Shown piece after piece: positions 20,585 to 29,373 of a stretch of DNA of 64,000 bases. The notes beneath the pieces were generated by a model. That model was not told the DNA's origin and did no database searches. It was given only the letters and a program-made list of their open reading frames with translations. The number at the start of each line of letters is the position of its first letter. Position 1 is the first letter of the stretch. Source of the DNA: an uncultured Candidatus Actinomarina sp. (GTDB lineage: Bacteria; Actinomycetota; Acidimicrobiia; Actinomarinales; Actinomarinaceae); contig CACJPC010000002.1 in NCBI GenBank assembly GCA_902595195.1, positions 42,270 through 106,269 of the forward strand, given 5' to 3'. Both the position numbers and the translations under genes were made by a program.

Positions 20585-21514
20585 TTATGAAGAAATTGAG
20601 AGTGAAGATACAGCTTCTTGATATACCCCACAATAATCAATCATGTCAGTCATCCACTTGCGATCTTCTTCTGGAAGATACTCAAGCTTGTAGTAATTAG
20701 TCCATTTACCACCATAATAATACACAAAAACATCCGCCAAATTCTCTTCATCTCCATAGCGACTATGTGCTAGTTCTCTAAAAGTTGAACCATCTTGCAA
20801 TATACATTCTCTCATCACCAAATAGGAATAAGCGTGTGCGGCCTCATGAACAAGAATATCTTTTAATCTCCCAGACTCTATTCCTCTATCAGATATCCAA
20901 ATTGTCATAGCCCACTCATTTCCATAATTTCCATCGGCATCATACCCTACTGGATCAAATACTCCATAAACACATCTATTGAATAAAGCTTCTCCATAAG
21001 GATGACAACCATTTAAAACCTGAACCTCTGAAGTTAAAATTTCTCTTAATATATCTGGCAACTGATAAATTGCTAACTGGATTCTTAAATTTGTTTCGTC
21101 ATCACCTTCAAATCCAGGAAATGAATAAAGTAAATTGGTTATGTCATTTTTTATTCCTGTTTCGCCAGACTCTCTTCTTTCGTGAAGATTAATAAGAATT
21201 TCATTCTCATTTGGTATCCCATTCACGCATGTAGTGGTAAGTCCTTCTGAATTTACTAAAGCTGCTGCTTGTGAAGAACTATATGGACCAAACCTGTTGC
21301 ATACAGAATCATAGAGAATAAAAGTTTGATCAGAATCACCGGGTTGATCTTCATCAACATTTGTTGTTAATTTGTAACTAGGTTGGGCTACTTCAATTTC
21401 TGGAGTTTGAATTCTTAATACAGAAAATAAATTTATATTAAGAAAATAAGTAAGCAACCAGATGACAATATTTATTGATAGAAAAACAAAAAGAAGTATT
21501 TTGAATGTTTTCAT
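20585..21514 (-). CDS. TM-anchored secreted HExxH zincin-like metallopeptidase (paralog of 1870..2670)
   Basis: N-terminal TM anchor. Motifs NGCHPYGEALFNRCVYGVFD, ILVHEAAHAYSYL (HExxH), a downstream Glu-rich segment and VFVYYYGGKW. Collinear with the 266-aa paralog. Confidence 0.6.
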   Translation of the reverse strand: MKTFKILLFVFLSINIVIWLLTYFLNINLFSVLRIQTPEIEVAQPSYKLTTNVDEDQPGDSDQTFILYDSVCNRFGPYSSSQAAALVNSEGLTTTCVNGIPNENEILINLHERRESGETGIKNDITNLLYSFPGFEGDDETNLRIQLAIYQLPDILREILTSEVQVLNGCHPYGEALFNRCVYGVFDPVGYDADGNYGNEWAMTIWISDRGIESGRLKDILVHEAAHAYSYLVMRECILQDGSTFRELAHSRYGDEENLADVFVYYYGGKWTNYYKLEYLPEEDRKWMTDMIDYCGVYQEAVSSLSISS

Positions 21515-21525
21515 GCTATTTGTAA

Positions 21526-22563
21526 TTAATAATTATTAATTAATTTTATATCATCCAGTAAATTTCCTTCACCAGGAAATCTTGCAGTGCTTACGTGTGT
21601 AATCCTAACTCTTAAAGTTGTTACGCCATCAGGTACCGTATATGTTCCTGAATATTGTGTCCAAGATGTGCTTGTGGAATATTCTCCAATGTCAACTTCA
21701 GAACCAGGTGCTCCAAGAGAAAGCTTTACTGTGTCTGTTCCTGCTCTTCCTCTATGCCAAAAACTCCAACTAATCTGATCTCCAGGTGAAACACTAACAT
21801 CTTGATATATTGAACCTTCAGCAGTTGAATTTAATTCAAGATGATGACTACCTTCAACTGACTCAATACCCCTATGTCCCGATTCCCATACTTCAAACCT
21901 TAAATTACTACCGTCTAATCTCTCAATTGTCCATCCTGGAACTTGTTGGTTTGTTAACTTTTTATAACTGTTGTCACCTATAGGATCTCCTTCATAATTT
22001 TCAAAAGATCCATTTACAAGAATATCTACTGGTGGAACTGTTGTAGTAGTTGTTGTTGTAGTAGAAGTTGTAGTTGTTGTAGGTGGAACTGTTGTAGTAG
22101 TTGTTGTAGGTGGAACTGTTGTAGTAGTTGTTGTTGTAGTAGAAGTTGTAGGAGTATCGTCTGTAATAAATATGCTTGTTTCGACATTATTGGAAGGAAC
22201 TGTTGTAGTAGTTGTTGTTGTAGTAGAAGTAGTAGTTGTATCTGATACGAAAATTTCATTTGACTGATTTGGTGCATTAATTGCTACAAATGTAAATACT
22301 GTTATACCTGTACAAAGACCGTAAAAGTAACTTCTTTTTTTAAATAAAAATAAAAAGGTTGATAGAAAACTTAAAATATATCCCCAAAGTAAAATAAAGA
22401 ATAAAAATCTTCTTTTTTCTGCAAAATATTTAGTAATTTCCATAACCTCTTCGTGTGTGAGGTTTTGCTCAGGTGATTTTATGTTTAGATTTAATTTTTC
22501 AATAGCTTTAAAGACTTCATCTAAAGATTTGTTGAGCCTGTCAGCGAGAATATAAAGTTTCAT
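21526..22563 (-). CDS. Membrane protein: cytoplasmic N-terminus, 2 TM helices, poly-Thr/Pro stalk, C-terminal galactose-binding-like (CBM4/9/22-type) jelly-roll domain
   Basis: TM FLFFILLWGYILSFLSTFLFLF. Stalk (T)n-VPP repeats. C-terminal domain starts LVNGSFENYEGD...VPGWTIER..., the NG(S/G)FE...GW signature of CBM4_9-like domains. Confidence 0.55.
   Translation of the reverse strand: MKLYILADRLNKSLDEVFKAIEKLNLNIKSPEQNLTHEEVMEITKYFAEKRRFLFFILLWGYILSFLSTFLFLFKKRSYFYGLCTGITVFTFVAINAPNQSNEIFVSDTTTTSTTTTTTTTVPSNNVETSIFITDDTPTTSTTTTTTTTVPPTTTTTTVPPTTTTTSTTTTTTTTVPPVDILVNGSFENYEGDPIGDNSYKKLTNQQVPGWTIERLDGSNLRFEVWESGHRGIESVEGSHHLELNSTAEGSIYQDVSVSPGDQISWSFWHRGRAGTDTVKLSLGAPGSEVDIGEYSTSTSWTQYSGTYTVPDGVTTLRVRITHVSTARFPGEGNLLDDIKLINNY
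22031..22245. repeat. Imperfect tandem repeats (ggtggaactgttgtagtagttgttgt units) encoding the poly-Thr/VPP stalk
   Basis: Units at about 22031, 22082, 22109 and 22197. The QQLL-rich 83-aa track ORF 22026..22277 is an artifact of this repeat. Confidence 0.8.
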
Positions 22564-22575
22564 TTGGAGAAAATT

Positions 22576-23022
22576 TTAGGTTAATTTTTCCTTTACTATT
22601 CTACTTACCACAGAACCATCTATGCCTTCACCTTTTGACATAACAGCACCAATTACTTTACCCATTTGGGATATATCAACTTCGCCCATTTCACCCAGAA
22701 CTTCATCAACAATTTTTTCAACGTCTTCTTCACTAAGTTGCTCAGGCAACCATTCGCTTAAGAAATCAATTTCAAACTGAATTTTTTCAGCCATTTCAGT
22801 ACCTCTATCACCAAGTGACTGATACTCTTCAACTGCTTTAATCATCTTCTTTACATAAGAGGAAATGACGCCTAAAACTAGTTCATCTGTAGCTTCTTCA
22901 CCTTTTTCAGCTTTTTTCTTTGCTACCTCTGTCTGAACCTGTCTAATTGCATCAAGCTTAGGCTTATCTTTTGCTTTCATCGCTTCTTTTAAAGCAGCAC
23001 TTAAATCATCGGATATTGTCAT
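22576..23022 (-). CDS. GatB/YqeY-domain protein
   Basis: 148 aa, all-helical, with the GatB/YqeY C-terminal pattern (...GKVIGAVMSKGEGIDGSVVSRIVKEKL). Confidence 0.75.
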   Translation of the reverse strand: MTISDDLSAALKEAMKAKDKPKLDAIRQVQTEVAKKKAEKGEEATDELVLGVISSYVKKMIKAVEEYQSLGDRGTEMAEKIQFEIDFLSEWLPEQLSEEDVEKIVDEVLGEMGEVDISQMGKVIGAVMSKGEGIDGSVVSRIVKEKLT

Positions 23023-23025
23023 AAT

Positions 23026-23682
23026 TTACTTTCTATATACATGCATTGTATCAGGAATATCTGTAATTACCCCGAATACACCTAACTCCATAAAATGTTG
23101 AAAATCTTTTTCATCGTTAACTGTCCAAACTCCCGTTTTTTGAAATGGCAAATCAAAATTCCTACTATCTAAGAGAGCTCTCTCAACCATGAAAAATAAA
23201 TGTTCATCATGTATTGATAAAGATTTTGCTTGAAATAATGCGTCTTCTTGATCAAGTATGATTCCATAATGACAATTAAATAATTCTTTAAAGTCTTGGA
23301 TGGCTTTCCAGTTAAATGAGGTAACAATATCTTGAGGTGACAAAATAGAGAGCATTTTTTGAAATAATATGTCTATCTGAGTTTTTTCTAAACTATTTGT
23401 TTTAATTTCAAAATTAACTTTTCCGTCTATTTGATCTCTTGATGATAAAATCAGTTCATCTTTTTCAACATCATTTAACTTATTTAGTATCTCTTGTGTG
23501 GAAAGTTCGTTAATAAATTGTCCATTTATATCAGGGTCATGAAATAAAATAAGATTATTATCGGCTGTAATTCGAACATCAGTTTCAACATAATCACAGT
23601 ATTCAAATGCTTTATTAAGCCCTGTTATTGAATTTTCCCTATAAATACGGGGTAAACCTCTATGTCCAAAAATTTTTCCCAA
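23026..23682 (-). CDS. Glycerophosphodiester phosphodiesterase family protein
   Basis: GDPD motifs GHRGLP...ENS...ETDVRITADNNLILFHD. Confidence 0.8.
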   Translation of the reverse strand: MGKIFGHRGLPRIYRENSITGLNKAFEYCDYVETDVRITADNNLILFHDPDINGQFINELSTQEILNKLNDVEKDELILSSRDQIDGKVNFEIKTNSLEKTQIDILFQKMLSILSPQDIVTSFNWKAIQDFKELFNCHYGIILDQEDALFQAKSLSIHDEHLFFMVERALLDSRNFDLPFQKTGVWTVNDEKDFQHFMELGVFGVITDIPDTMHVYRK

Positions 23683-23764
23683 AATGCCTCCATATAAATT
23701 AAAGTTGAGTACTATTAATTGTCAAGCTTGTGAAATATTTCACAAAGTAAGAAAGAATGTGTAA

Positions 23765-24043
23765 ATGTTAAATATTGATTTTGAACAAGAAGATTGGATG
23801 CTAGAGGGCGGATGTGTCTACTCCGACACTGAGCTATTTTTTCCTGTCGGATCTTCAATGAAAGCAATGAAACAAGCTAATGAAGCAAAAGCTATCTGTA
23901 TGGAGTGCCCAGTTGTTACTGAATGTCTTGAATACGCCATAAGAACTAATCAAGATTCTGGTGTCTGGGGTGGTACAACTGAAGATGAGAGAAAATCAAT
24001 AAGAAGACAGTACCGTAAAACCGGTCTTGTTATCAACGGTTAG
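23765..24043 (+). CDS. WhiB-family [4Fe-4S] transcriptional regulator
   Basis: Four Cys (C17 ... CMECPVVTEC), GVWGG turn and basic C-terminal tail (RKSIRRQYRKTG). 82-nt AT-rich leader upstream. Confidence 0.85.
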   Translation: MLNIDFEQEDWMLEGGCVYSDTELFFPVGSSMKAMKQANEAKAICMECPVVTECLEYAIRTNQDSGVWGGTTEDERKSIRRQYRKTGLVING

Positions 24044-24272
24044 AAACTAAGCCCGCTCCTCTTTTATTGTCACCGTCATCTGAGAATTCAATAATCTGAA
24101 TCAATGATGTATTGACTGCAATTTCACCTTCATCATCTTTATGTATGTAAAACTCATTTGCAGAAGTTAAATTCTTAATTTCATCTAAGAATTTTTCTTT
24201 ATCTTTGATATCTACTTCTATAGCTGAGGTTGATCCAACCATATAAATTCTTGCTTTCAAAGTTCCTGCCAT
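24033..24272 (-). CDS. Small acidic conserved hypothetical protein (possibly DUF3107-like)
   Basis: 79 aa, tightly packed 9 nt downstream of prs. No motif I can assign with confidence. Confidence 0.4.
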   Translation of the reverse strand: MAGTLKARIYMVGSTSAIEVDIKDKEKFLDEIKNLTSANEFYIHKDDEGEIAVNTSLIQIIEFSDDGDNKRGAGLVSNR

Positions 24273-24281
24273 CTTTACTCC

Positions 24282-25256
24282 TTATAAAACGTTTTCACCC
24301 ATAAATAATGCTGAGACTGAGTCATCAGTAAATATAGATGTTAGTGCATTTGCAATTATTGGAGAAACACTCAAGGACTCAACATTTCCTAATTTTTCAG
24401 GATTTCCATTCTGCAGCAAAGTATCTGTGACAACTATTTTATCTACTGGAGCGTCTTGTAATTTTTGTACTGAACCCTCGGAAAATATACCGTGCGTTGC
24501 TGCAACATTGACAGATAAGGCTCCACGTTCTTTTAAAATTCTTGAAGCAGCTGCGATAGTTCCTCCAGTGTCAATAATGTCATCGAGTAGGATTGCATGT
24601 CTGTCTTCAACTTCACCAATAATTGTGAAAGACTTTACCTCATTATGTATCTTTGGATCTCTTTTTTTATGTACAAAACCTACATACGCATCAAGATGTT
24701 TGGCAAATGTAGTTGCTCTCTTAACTCCACCTGCATCAGGCGAAATAATAGAAATTGGACCATCAAATTTATCTTTAAAATATTCAACAAAAAGTGGCAT
24801 AGCAGTTAAATGATCAAATGGCTGATCGACAAACCCTTGTATCTGCTGAGTGTGTAAGTCGATAGATACCATTCTGTTAACTCCTGCAGCAACATACATA
24901 TCGCTTATTAATCTTGCAGATATTGGCTCTCTAGGTAGTGCTTTTTTATCTTGTCTTGAGTAAGGGTAAAAAGGCAGTACAGCAGTGATTCGTTTTGCTG
25001 AAGCGCGTTTTAAAGCATCTATCATGAGGAGTTGTTCCATAATTGTTCTATTGATATCTCCAGAATGGCTTTGCATAACAAAACAGTCTGCACCTCTTAC
25101 ACTCTCACCAAGTCTCAAATAAATCTCTCCGCTAGCAAATTCTTTTCTCTCTACTTCTGATAACTCAGTTCCAAGATTTGAAGCTACTTTTTGCGCAAGT
25201 TCAACATTTGATGAACCTGAAAAAAGAAGCATTTTTTTCTTGCCAGGTTGTTCAAT
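24282..25256 (-). CDS. prs: Ribose-phosphate pyrophosphokinase. True start probably MIEQPGKKKMLLFSG at ~25256 rather than the track's 25313.
   Basis: DLHTQQIQGFVDQPFDHL and the PRPP-binding loop ILLDDIIDTGGT. The shorter start gives a 4-nt overlap with glmU instead of 60 nt. Confidence 0.9.
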   Translation of the reverse strand: MEQPGKKKMLLFSGSSNVELAQKVASNLGTELSEVERKEFASGEIYLRLGESVRGADCFVMQSHSGDINRTIMEQLLMIDALKRASAKRITAVLPFYPYSRQDKKALPREPISARLISDMYVAAGVNRMVSIDLHTQQIQGFVDQPFDHLTAMPLFVEYFKDKFDGPISIISPDAGGVKRATTFAKHLDAYVGFVHKKRDPKIHNEVKSFTIIGEVEDRHAILLDDIIDTGGTIAAASRILKERGALSVNVAATHGIFSEGSVQKLQDAPVDKIVVTDTLLQNGNPEKLGNVESLSVSPIIANALTSIFTDDSVSALFMGENVL

Positions 25257-26616
25257 CATTTTTTTTCTTTCTGTCCATATAGCCTTCAATATTTTTTTGA
25301 TTATTTCTTTCAATACCTAATGCTTTTGAAGGAACATCTTTTGTAATTACAGAACCTGCACCTATCATTGATTCTTTTCCAATTGTTACAGGAGCAACAA
25401 GCATGACATCTGATCCAATAAAAGCTCCGTCTTCAATATCTGTTTTATGTTTATTTTTACCATCGTAATTAACTGTTATTGCTCCTGCAGAAAAGTTTAC
25501 ACCTGTTCCTAATTCTGCATCACCAACGTATGCAAGATGAGGAATTTTACTTCCTTTACCAATTTTTGATTTTTTCGTTTCAGCAAATGCTCCAACCTTC
25601 ACATTCTCTCCTAGTTCCGAACCAGGTCTAATGTGAGCAAAAGGTCCTATTTGACCTCCAGCATCAATAATTGAATCGTCTACCACAGAATTCAATACTT
25701 TTGAACCTTGTCCAACTTTTGAATTATTAATTTGAGCATTTGGTCCAATCTCACAATCAGGACCTATCTCCGTTTCACCTTTTAAATGACTGTTTGCGTA
25801 AACTTTTGTACCAGCAGAAATTTTTACAGTTGAATCTATGTATGTAGAAGTTGGGTCTTGAAAGTAAACACCTTCGTCCATGAATTGTTGTATTGTTTGC
25901 TTTAACAGAGCGTCTTCAACTTCATTTAGTTGGCCCATAGAATTTATTCCTCTTATTGAATCTTCTTCTACTTGTACTATAACAATATCTTTTTTTTCAT
26001 TATTTGCAATACCTATTAAGTCAGTTATATAAAATTCTCCCTGCGCATTAGAGGTATTCAAATTGTTGATTTGCTCTAGGAGAAATTCTTTTTCAAAACA
26101 ATATATCCCTGAATTAATTTCATCAACCAACCTCTCTTCTTCTGTGCAGTCTTTTTCCTCAACAATTTTAATTTGTCTATCTTGTTGAATGACTCTTCCA
26201 TATCCAAATGGATTAGAGACCTTAGATGTAAGAAAGCCTATAGTTGAACTTGAGTCAGTTACTTTTTTAATTAAATTTTTAATATCATTGCTATTGATCA
26301 TTGGTACATCGCCTGGAAGAACAAGAATATATTCAGATGTATCATTAGCAAATTTTTTATCCTCTAACAGGATTGAAATTGCATGTCCTGTACCTTTTTG
26401 CTCCTCTTGGATAACAAAATTAAGTGATTCTGGCAGAGCTTCCATTACTTGTTCAGCTTCATGCCCTACTACAACATATTTAGTATTTATATCCTCAATA
26501 ACCTCAAGAGCGTATGAAATTAATTTTTTTCCTGAAACAGAATGTAAGACTTTTGGTAAATTGGACTTCATTCTAGTCCCTTTACCTGCGGCTAATATTA
26601 CTCCTGATACATTCAT
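25252..26616 (-). CDS. glmU: Bifunctional GlmU (UDP-GlcNAc pyrophosphorylase / GlcN-1-P acetyltransferase). True start MNVSGVILAAGKGTRM at 26616; the track ORF is over-extended through the tRNA.
   Basis: N-terminal LAAGKGTRMKS nucleotidyltransferase motif plus C-terminal left-handed beta-helix hexapeptide repeats. The upstream 87 nt of the track ORF is the tRNA-Gln gene. Confidence 0.9.
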   Translation of the reverse strand: MNVSGVILAAGKGTRMKSNLPKVLHSVSGKKLISYALEVIEDINTKYVVVGHEAEQVMEALPESLNFVIQEEQKGTGHAISILLEDKKFANDTSEYILVLPGDVPMINSNDIKNLIKKVTDSSSTIGFLTSKVSNPFGYGRVIQQDRQIKIVEEKDCTEEERLVDEINSGIYCFEKEFLLEQINNLNTSNAQGEFYITDLIGIANNEKKDIVIVQVEEDSIRGINSMGQLNEVEDALLKQTIQQFMDEGVYFQDPTSTYIDSTVKISAGTKVYANSHLKGETEIGPDCEIGPNAQINNSKVGQGSKVLNSVVDDSIIDAGGQIGPFAHIRPGSELGENVKVGAFAETKKSKIGKGSKIPHLAYVGDAELGTGVNFSAGAITVNYDGKNKHKTDIEDGAFIGSDVMLVAPVTIGKESMIGAGSVITKDVPSKALGIERNNQKNIEGYMDRKKKND

Positions 26617-26627
26617 TTCAAAATTGA

Positions 26628-26702
26628 TGGCTGGGGGAGAAGGACTCGAACCCTCAACGATGGGACCAAAACCCATTGTGTTGCCAATTACACCATCCCC
26701 CA
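26628..26702 (-). tRNA. tRNA-Gln (anticodon UUG), CCA encoded
   Basis: Reverse complement: TGGGGGATGGTGTAATTGGCAACACAATGGGTTTTGGTCCCATCGTTGAGGGTTCGAGTCCTTCTCCCCCAGCCA. Acceptor stem 7 bp (U1-A72). Anticodon stem ATGGG/CCCAT, loop TTTTGGT giving UUG. T-loop TTCGAGT. Discriminator G plus CCA. Close to E. coli tRNA-Gln. tRNA-Gln also sits upstream of glmU-prs in mycobacteria. Confidence 0.9.
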
Positions 26703-26721
26703 ATTGTTATGCAAATATATT

Positions 26722-27543
26722 CTAATCATCATTTTGAGAGAAACTACAATCAATTTTCTTAGTTATTGAAAAATATTTAAGATTGAATTCTTCAGAATCT
26801 ATTTCTTCAATCTCTTCATGTTCTTCAAACAATGAAAAAAGAGCCGACCCACTACCGGACATAAAAAAGTTTTTTTTATATCTCTCTTCAAGGTTTTGTT
26901 TTACTGCATTAAGTTCTGGGTAAATTTCTGTAGATATATTCCAGAGATCATTAAAAAGTGAGATACCATTCCACGAATACTTTTCAGTGTCCTTTGGTTG
27001 TATTTCGTCATATTTTTCAAAGACTTCTTTTGTGCTCAAACCGTTTTTTGGAACAGCAATAATGATTTTCATTGGTGGAGTGTCATTCAAATTTAGGACA
27101 TTTTCACCAATACCTGTTACAGTTGCTGGTTGTTTATTTATAAAGAATGGAACATCACTTCCAACTTGCTTCACGACATCATGGTAAGAAGGCATTGATA
27201 ATTCATAATTTGAACAGAGGAAATTGATTATTGCTGCACCGTTTGAACTTCCTCCACCAAGTCCAGATTCTATAGGTATCTGTTTATCAACTTTGATTTC
27301 AAAGGATTTTTCAAAAGAAGGATTGAGTTTTCTCATTAATGATAAAGATTTATGAATCGTTGTTAACTCATAATTTAATTTGTCAATATTAAAAACAATC
27401 TGATCTTTTTGACTTTCTTTAATTACTATTTCATCAAAAATACCAACAGGAATAATATCTGATTCAATCTTGTGATAATTATCTTGTAAGCCATCATGAA
27501 TTTTTAAATTAAGATTGATTTTTGCAGAAGATAATATTTTCAC
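26722..27543 (-). CDS. ispE: 4-diphosphocytidyl-2-C-methyl-D-erythritol kinase
   Basis: GHMP kinase glycine-rich motif PIESGLGGGSSNGAAI. Classic ksgA-ispE adjacency. Confidence 0.85.
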   Translation of the reverse strand: MKILSSAKINLNLKIHDGLQDNYHKIESDIIPVGIFDEIVIKESQKDQIVFNIDKLNYELTTIHKSLSLMRKLNPSFEKSFEIKVDKQIPIESGLGGGSSNGAAIINFLCSNYELSMPSYHDVVKQVGSDVPFFINKQPATVTGIGENVLNLNDTPPMKIIIAVPKNGLSTKEVFEKYDEIQPKDTEKYSWNGISLFNDLWNISTEIYPELNAVKQNLEERYKKNFFMSGSGSALFSLFEEHEEIEEIDSEEFNLKYFSITKKIDCSFSQNDD

Positions 27544-28331
27544 AATATGTCCTTTGCAATATCATAATAATTTTCAGGAGTTAAATTACTTGCACGATTA
27601 TTAGGGTCTATTCCTAATTCAACAAGACGGTCCTCAGAGATTATTGATTTGAGTGATGTTCTTACTTTTTTTCTTTTTTGTTGAAAAGCAATTTTGGATA
27701 TTTCAAATGCTCGAATTCTTGTTTCTTCATCCAAAATAGTCTCTCTTTGAATAGTCAGAACAGAAGAAGTAATTTTTGGAGGTGGATAGAAACAATTTTT
27801 TGAAACATCAAATTGAATCTTAGATTCAGTAAATAATTTAAATAAGACTGATAAAGCACCATATTCTTTTCCACCAGGATTCGCAACAATTCTATCTCCC
27901 ACCTCTTTTTGAACCATGACAACATATCTATGAATTACAGGAACTTCAGTTATCAATTTAACCAACAATCTTGTTCCGATATTGTAAGGCAAATTCGATA
28001 CAAAAATCCACCATGGACCTTGAAGTTGTGTATAGTCAAATTCCATTGCATCTTCATTGAAGATCTCTAGATTAGGTACATCAATAAATCTTTCATTTAG
28101 AATCTCTGCAAGATTCCCATCAATTTCTACAGCTTTAATTCTATAATTGTCCTTCAATAATTCACTAGTTAAAGACCCCGTGCCAGGCCCAACTTCAATT
28201 ATGGGATCTGCTAATTGTCCCTGAACTAATTTTGTAATTTTTCTTGATATATTTGAATCAATTAAAAAGTTCTGGCCTAATTTATAATTTGGCTTTGATT
28301 CTAATTTTTCAACCCATTCTTGTTCACTCAT
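27540..28331 (-). CDS. rsmA: 16S rRNA (adenine1518/1519-N6)-dimethyltransferase
   Basis: LGQNFL, SAM-binding VEVGPGTGSLT, catalytic VSNLPYNI. Confidence 0.9.
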   Translation of the reverse strand: MSEQEWVEKLESKPNYKLGQNFLIDSNISRKITKLVQGQLADPIIEVGPGTGSLTSELLKDNYRIKAVEIDGNLAEILNERFIDVPNLEIFNEDAMEFDYTQLQGPWWIFVSNLPYNIGTRLLVKLITEVPVIHRYVVMVQKEVGDRIVANPGGKEYGALSVLFKLFTESKIQFDVSKNCFYPPPKITSSVLTIQRETILDEETRIRAFEISKIAFQQKRKKVRTSLKSIISEDRLVELGIDPNNRASNLTPENYYDIAKDIL

Positions 28332-29103
28332 TTAAATCTCGAGATAATAATCTATCAGTATTTTTTTTAGTCAGTTCTGAAAACTCATTCAGAGATATAT
28401 CTAATATTTTTGAAATTTTTTCAGCAGTATACATAATATAAGACGGTTTATTTTTTTGTCCTTTATAAGGTTCAGGAGCTAAATAAGGAATGTCTGTTTC
28501 AACTAAAATTTTGTTTAATGGGATATTATTAACTGCTAGTTGCAAATCTTGAGCAGTGTCGTACGTTACAATTCCAGATATAGAGAAATAAACACCAAGC
28601 TCTGCAAACTTTTTAGTCCACTTATTACCCCCAGTCCATGAATGTAGAATAATTTTATTGTTGCTTTCTCTCTCACTAAGAATTTTATAAATATCAGAAA
28701 AACTATCTCTGCAATGAATAATTACTGGTTTAGAAAGTTTGTCACCTACTTCAAGGTGGTAAAGAAAGCTATCTATCTGATCTTCCTTTGATGATAAATT
28801 GCGGTAGTAATCAAGTCCAGTTTCGCCAATCAAGTCTGCTTCGATAAATAAAGTATCAAGTGATTCTTTTAATGTTTCAAATTCACTGGCTTGATGTGGA
28901 TGCAAGCCTGCTGACCAATAGGATAATTTTTTTAAACTATCAGAAACTTGCTTTGCTTTTAATGAAGACTCTACATCAACACCTGGAATCACTACATACT
29001 CTAGATTAAATAAATCATTTTCATCGATTTCATTACTCCAAAGCTGAAGATGACAATGCGTGTCTACCCATTTGAATTGCTCTAATGTTTTATTTTTATT
29101 CAC
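28324..29103 (-). CDS. TatD-family metal-dependent deoxyribonuclease/hydrolase
   Basis: VDTHCHL N-terminal metal-binding motif. 259 aa TIM-barrel hydrolase pattern. Confidence 0.85.
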   Translation of the reverse strand: MNKNKTLEQFKWVDTHCHLQLWSNEIDENDLFNLEYVVIPGVDVESSLKAKQVSDSLKKLSYWSAGLHPHQASEFETLKESLDTLFIEADLIGETGLDYYRNLSSKEDQIDSFLYHLEVGDKLSKPVIIHCRDSFSDIYKILSERESNNKIILHSWTGGNKWTKKFAELGVYFSISGIVTYDTAQDLQLAVNNIPLNKILVETDIPYLAPEPYKGQKNKPSYIMYTAEKISKILDISLNEFSELTKKNTDRLLSRDLNE

Positions 29104-29133
29104 TACTATATAAGCATAGGATTAAATACATTT

Positions 29134-29373
29134 ATGAGTAAAGGTAACAGAAGTAAAATTGACAATCTTGGAAGAGTTGTAATTCCAAAATCTATTAGGA
29201 AAGCTCTTGATGTTGAAGCTAATAGTGAAATCTCAATGTATGTTGAAGATAAAAAGTTAATAATTACAAAGGGCTATCAAACTTGTTCTATATGTGGCTC
29301 CAAAGATGTTACATATCAACTCAAAGATAAATTTCTATGTTCTAATTGTATAAACGATATTAAGAGTCTTTAA
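29134..29373 (+). CDS. AbrB/SpoVT-type swapped-hairpin DNA-binding domain fused to a C-terminal CxxC...CxxC zinc ribbon
   Basis: N-terminus KIDNLGRVVIPKSIRKALDVEANSEISMYVEDKKLIITKGY closely resembles B. subtilis AbrB (VDELGRVVIPIELRRTLGIAEKDALEIYVDDEKIILKKY). C-terminus CSICGSKDVTYQLKDKFLCSNC. Confidence 0.65.
   Translation: MSKGNRSKIDNLGRVVIPKSIRKALDVEANSEISMYVEDKKLIITKGYQTCSICGSKDVTYQLKDKFLCSNCINDIKSL

Noticed and set aside
22026-22277. 83-aa QQLLQQ-rich ORF and other small ORFs (2067..2276, 3372..3566, 6883..7071, 7149..7396, 11176..11478, 14096..16447 group) inside large genes
   Set aside because: They overlap the repeat-encoding DNA or the giant gene in other frames. They have low-complexity translations and no independent coding evidence. 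They are artifacts of long AT-rich or repetitive coding DNA.
26189-26725. 178-aa plus-strand ORF
   Set aside because: Antisense to glmU and runs across the tRNA-Gln gene. Not a gene.
29134-29373. MazE/AbrB-type antitoxin of a toxin-antitoxin pair
   Set aside because: There is no candidate toxin gene adjacent; the neighbours are tatD and rsmI. The domain matches AbrB itself more closely and carries a zinc ribbon. I treat it as a regulator.
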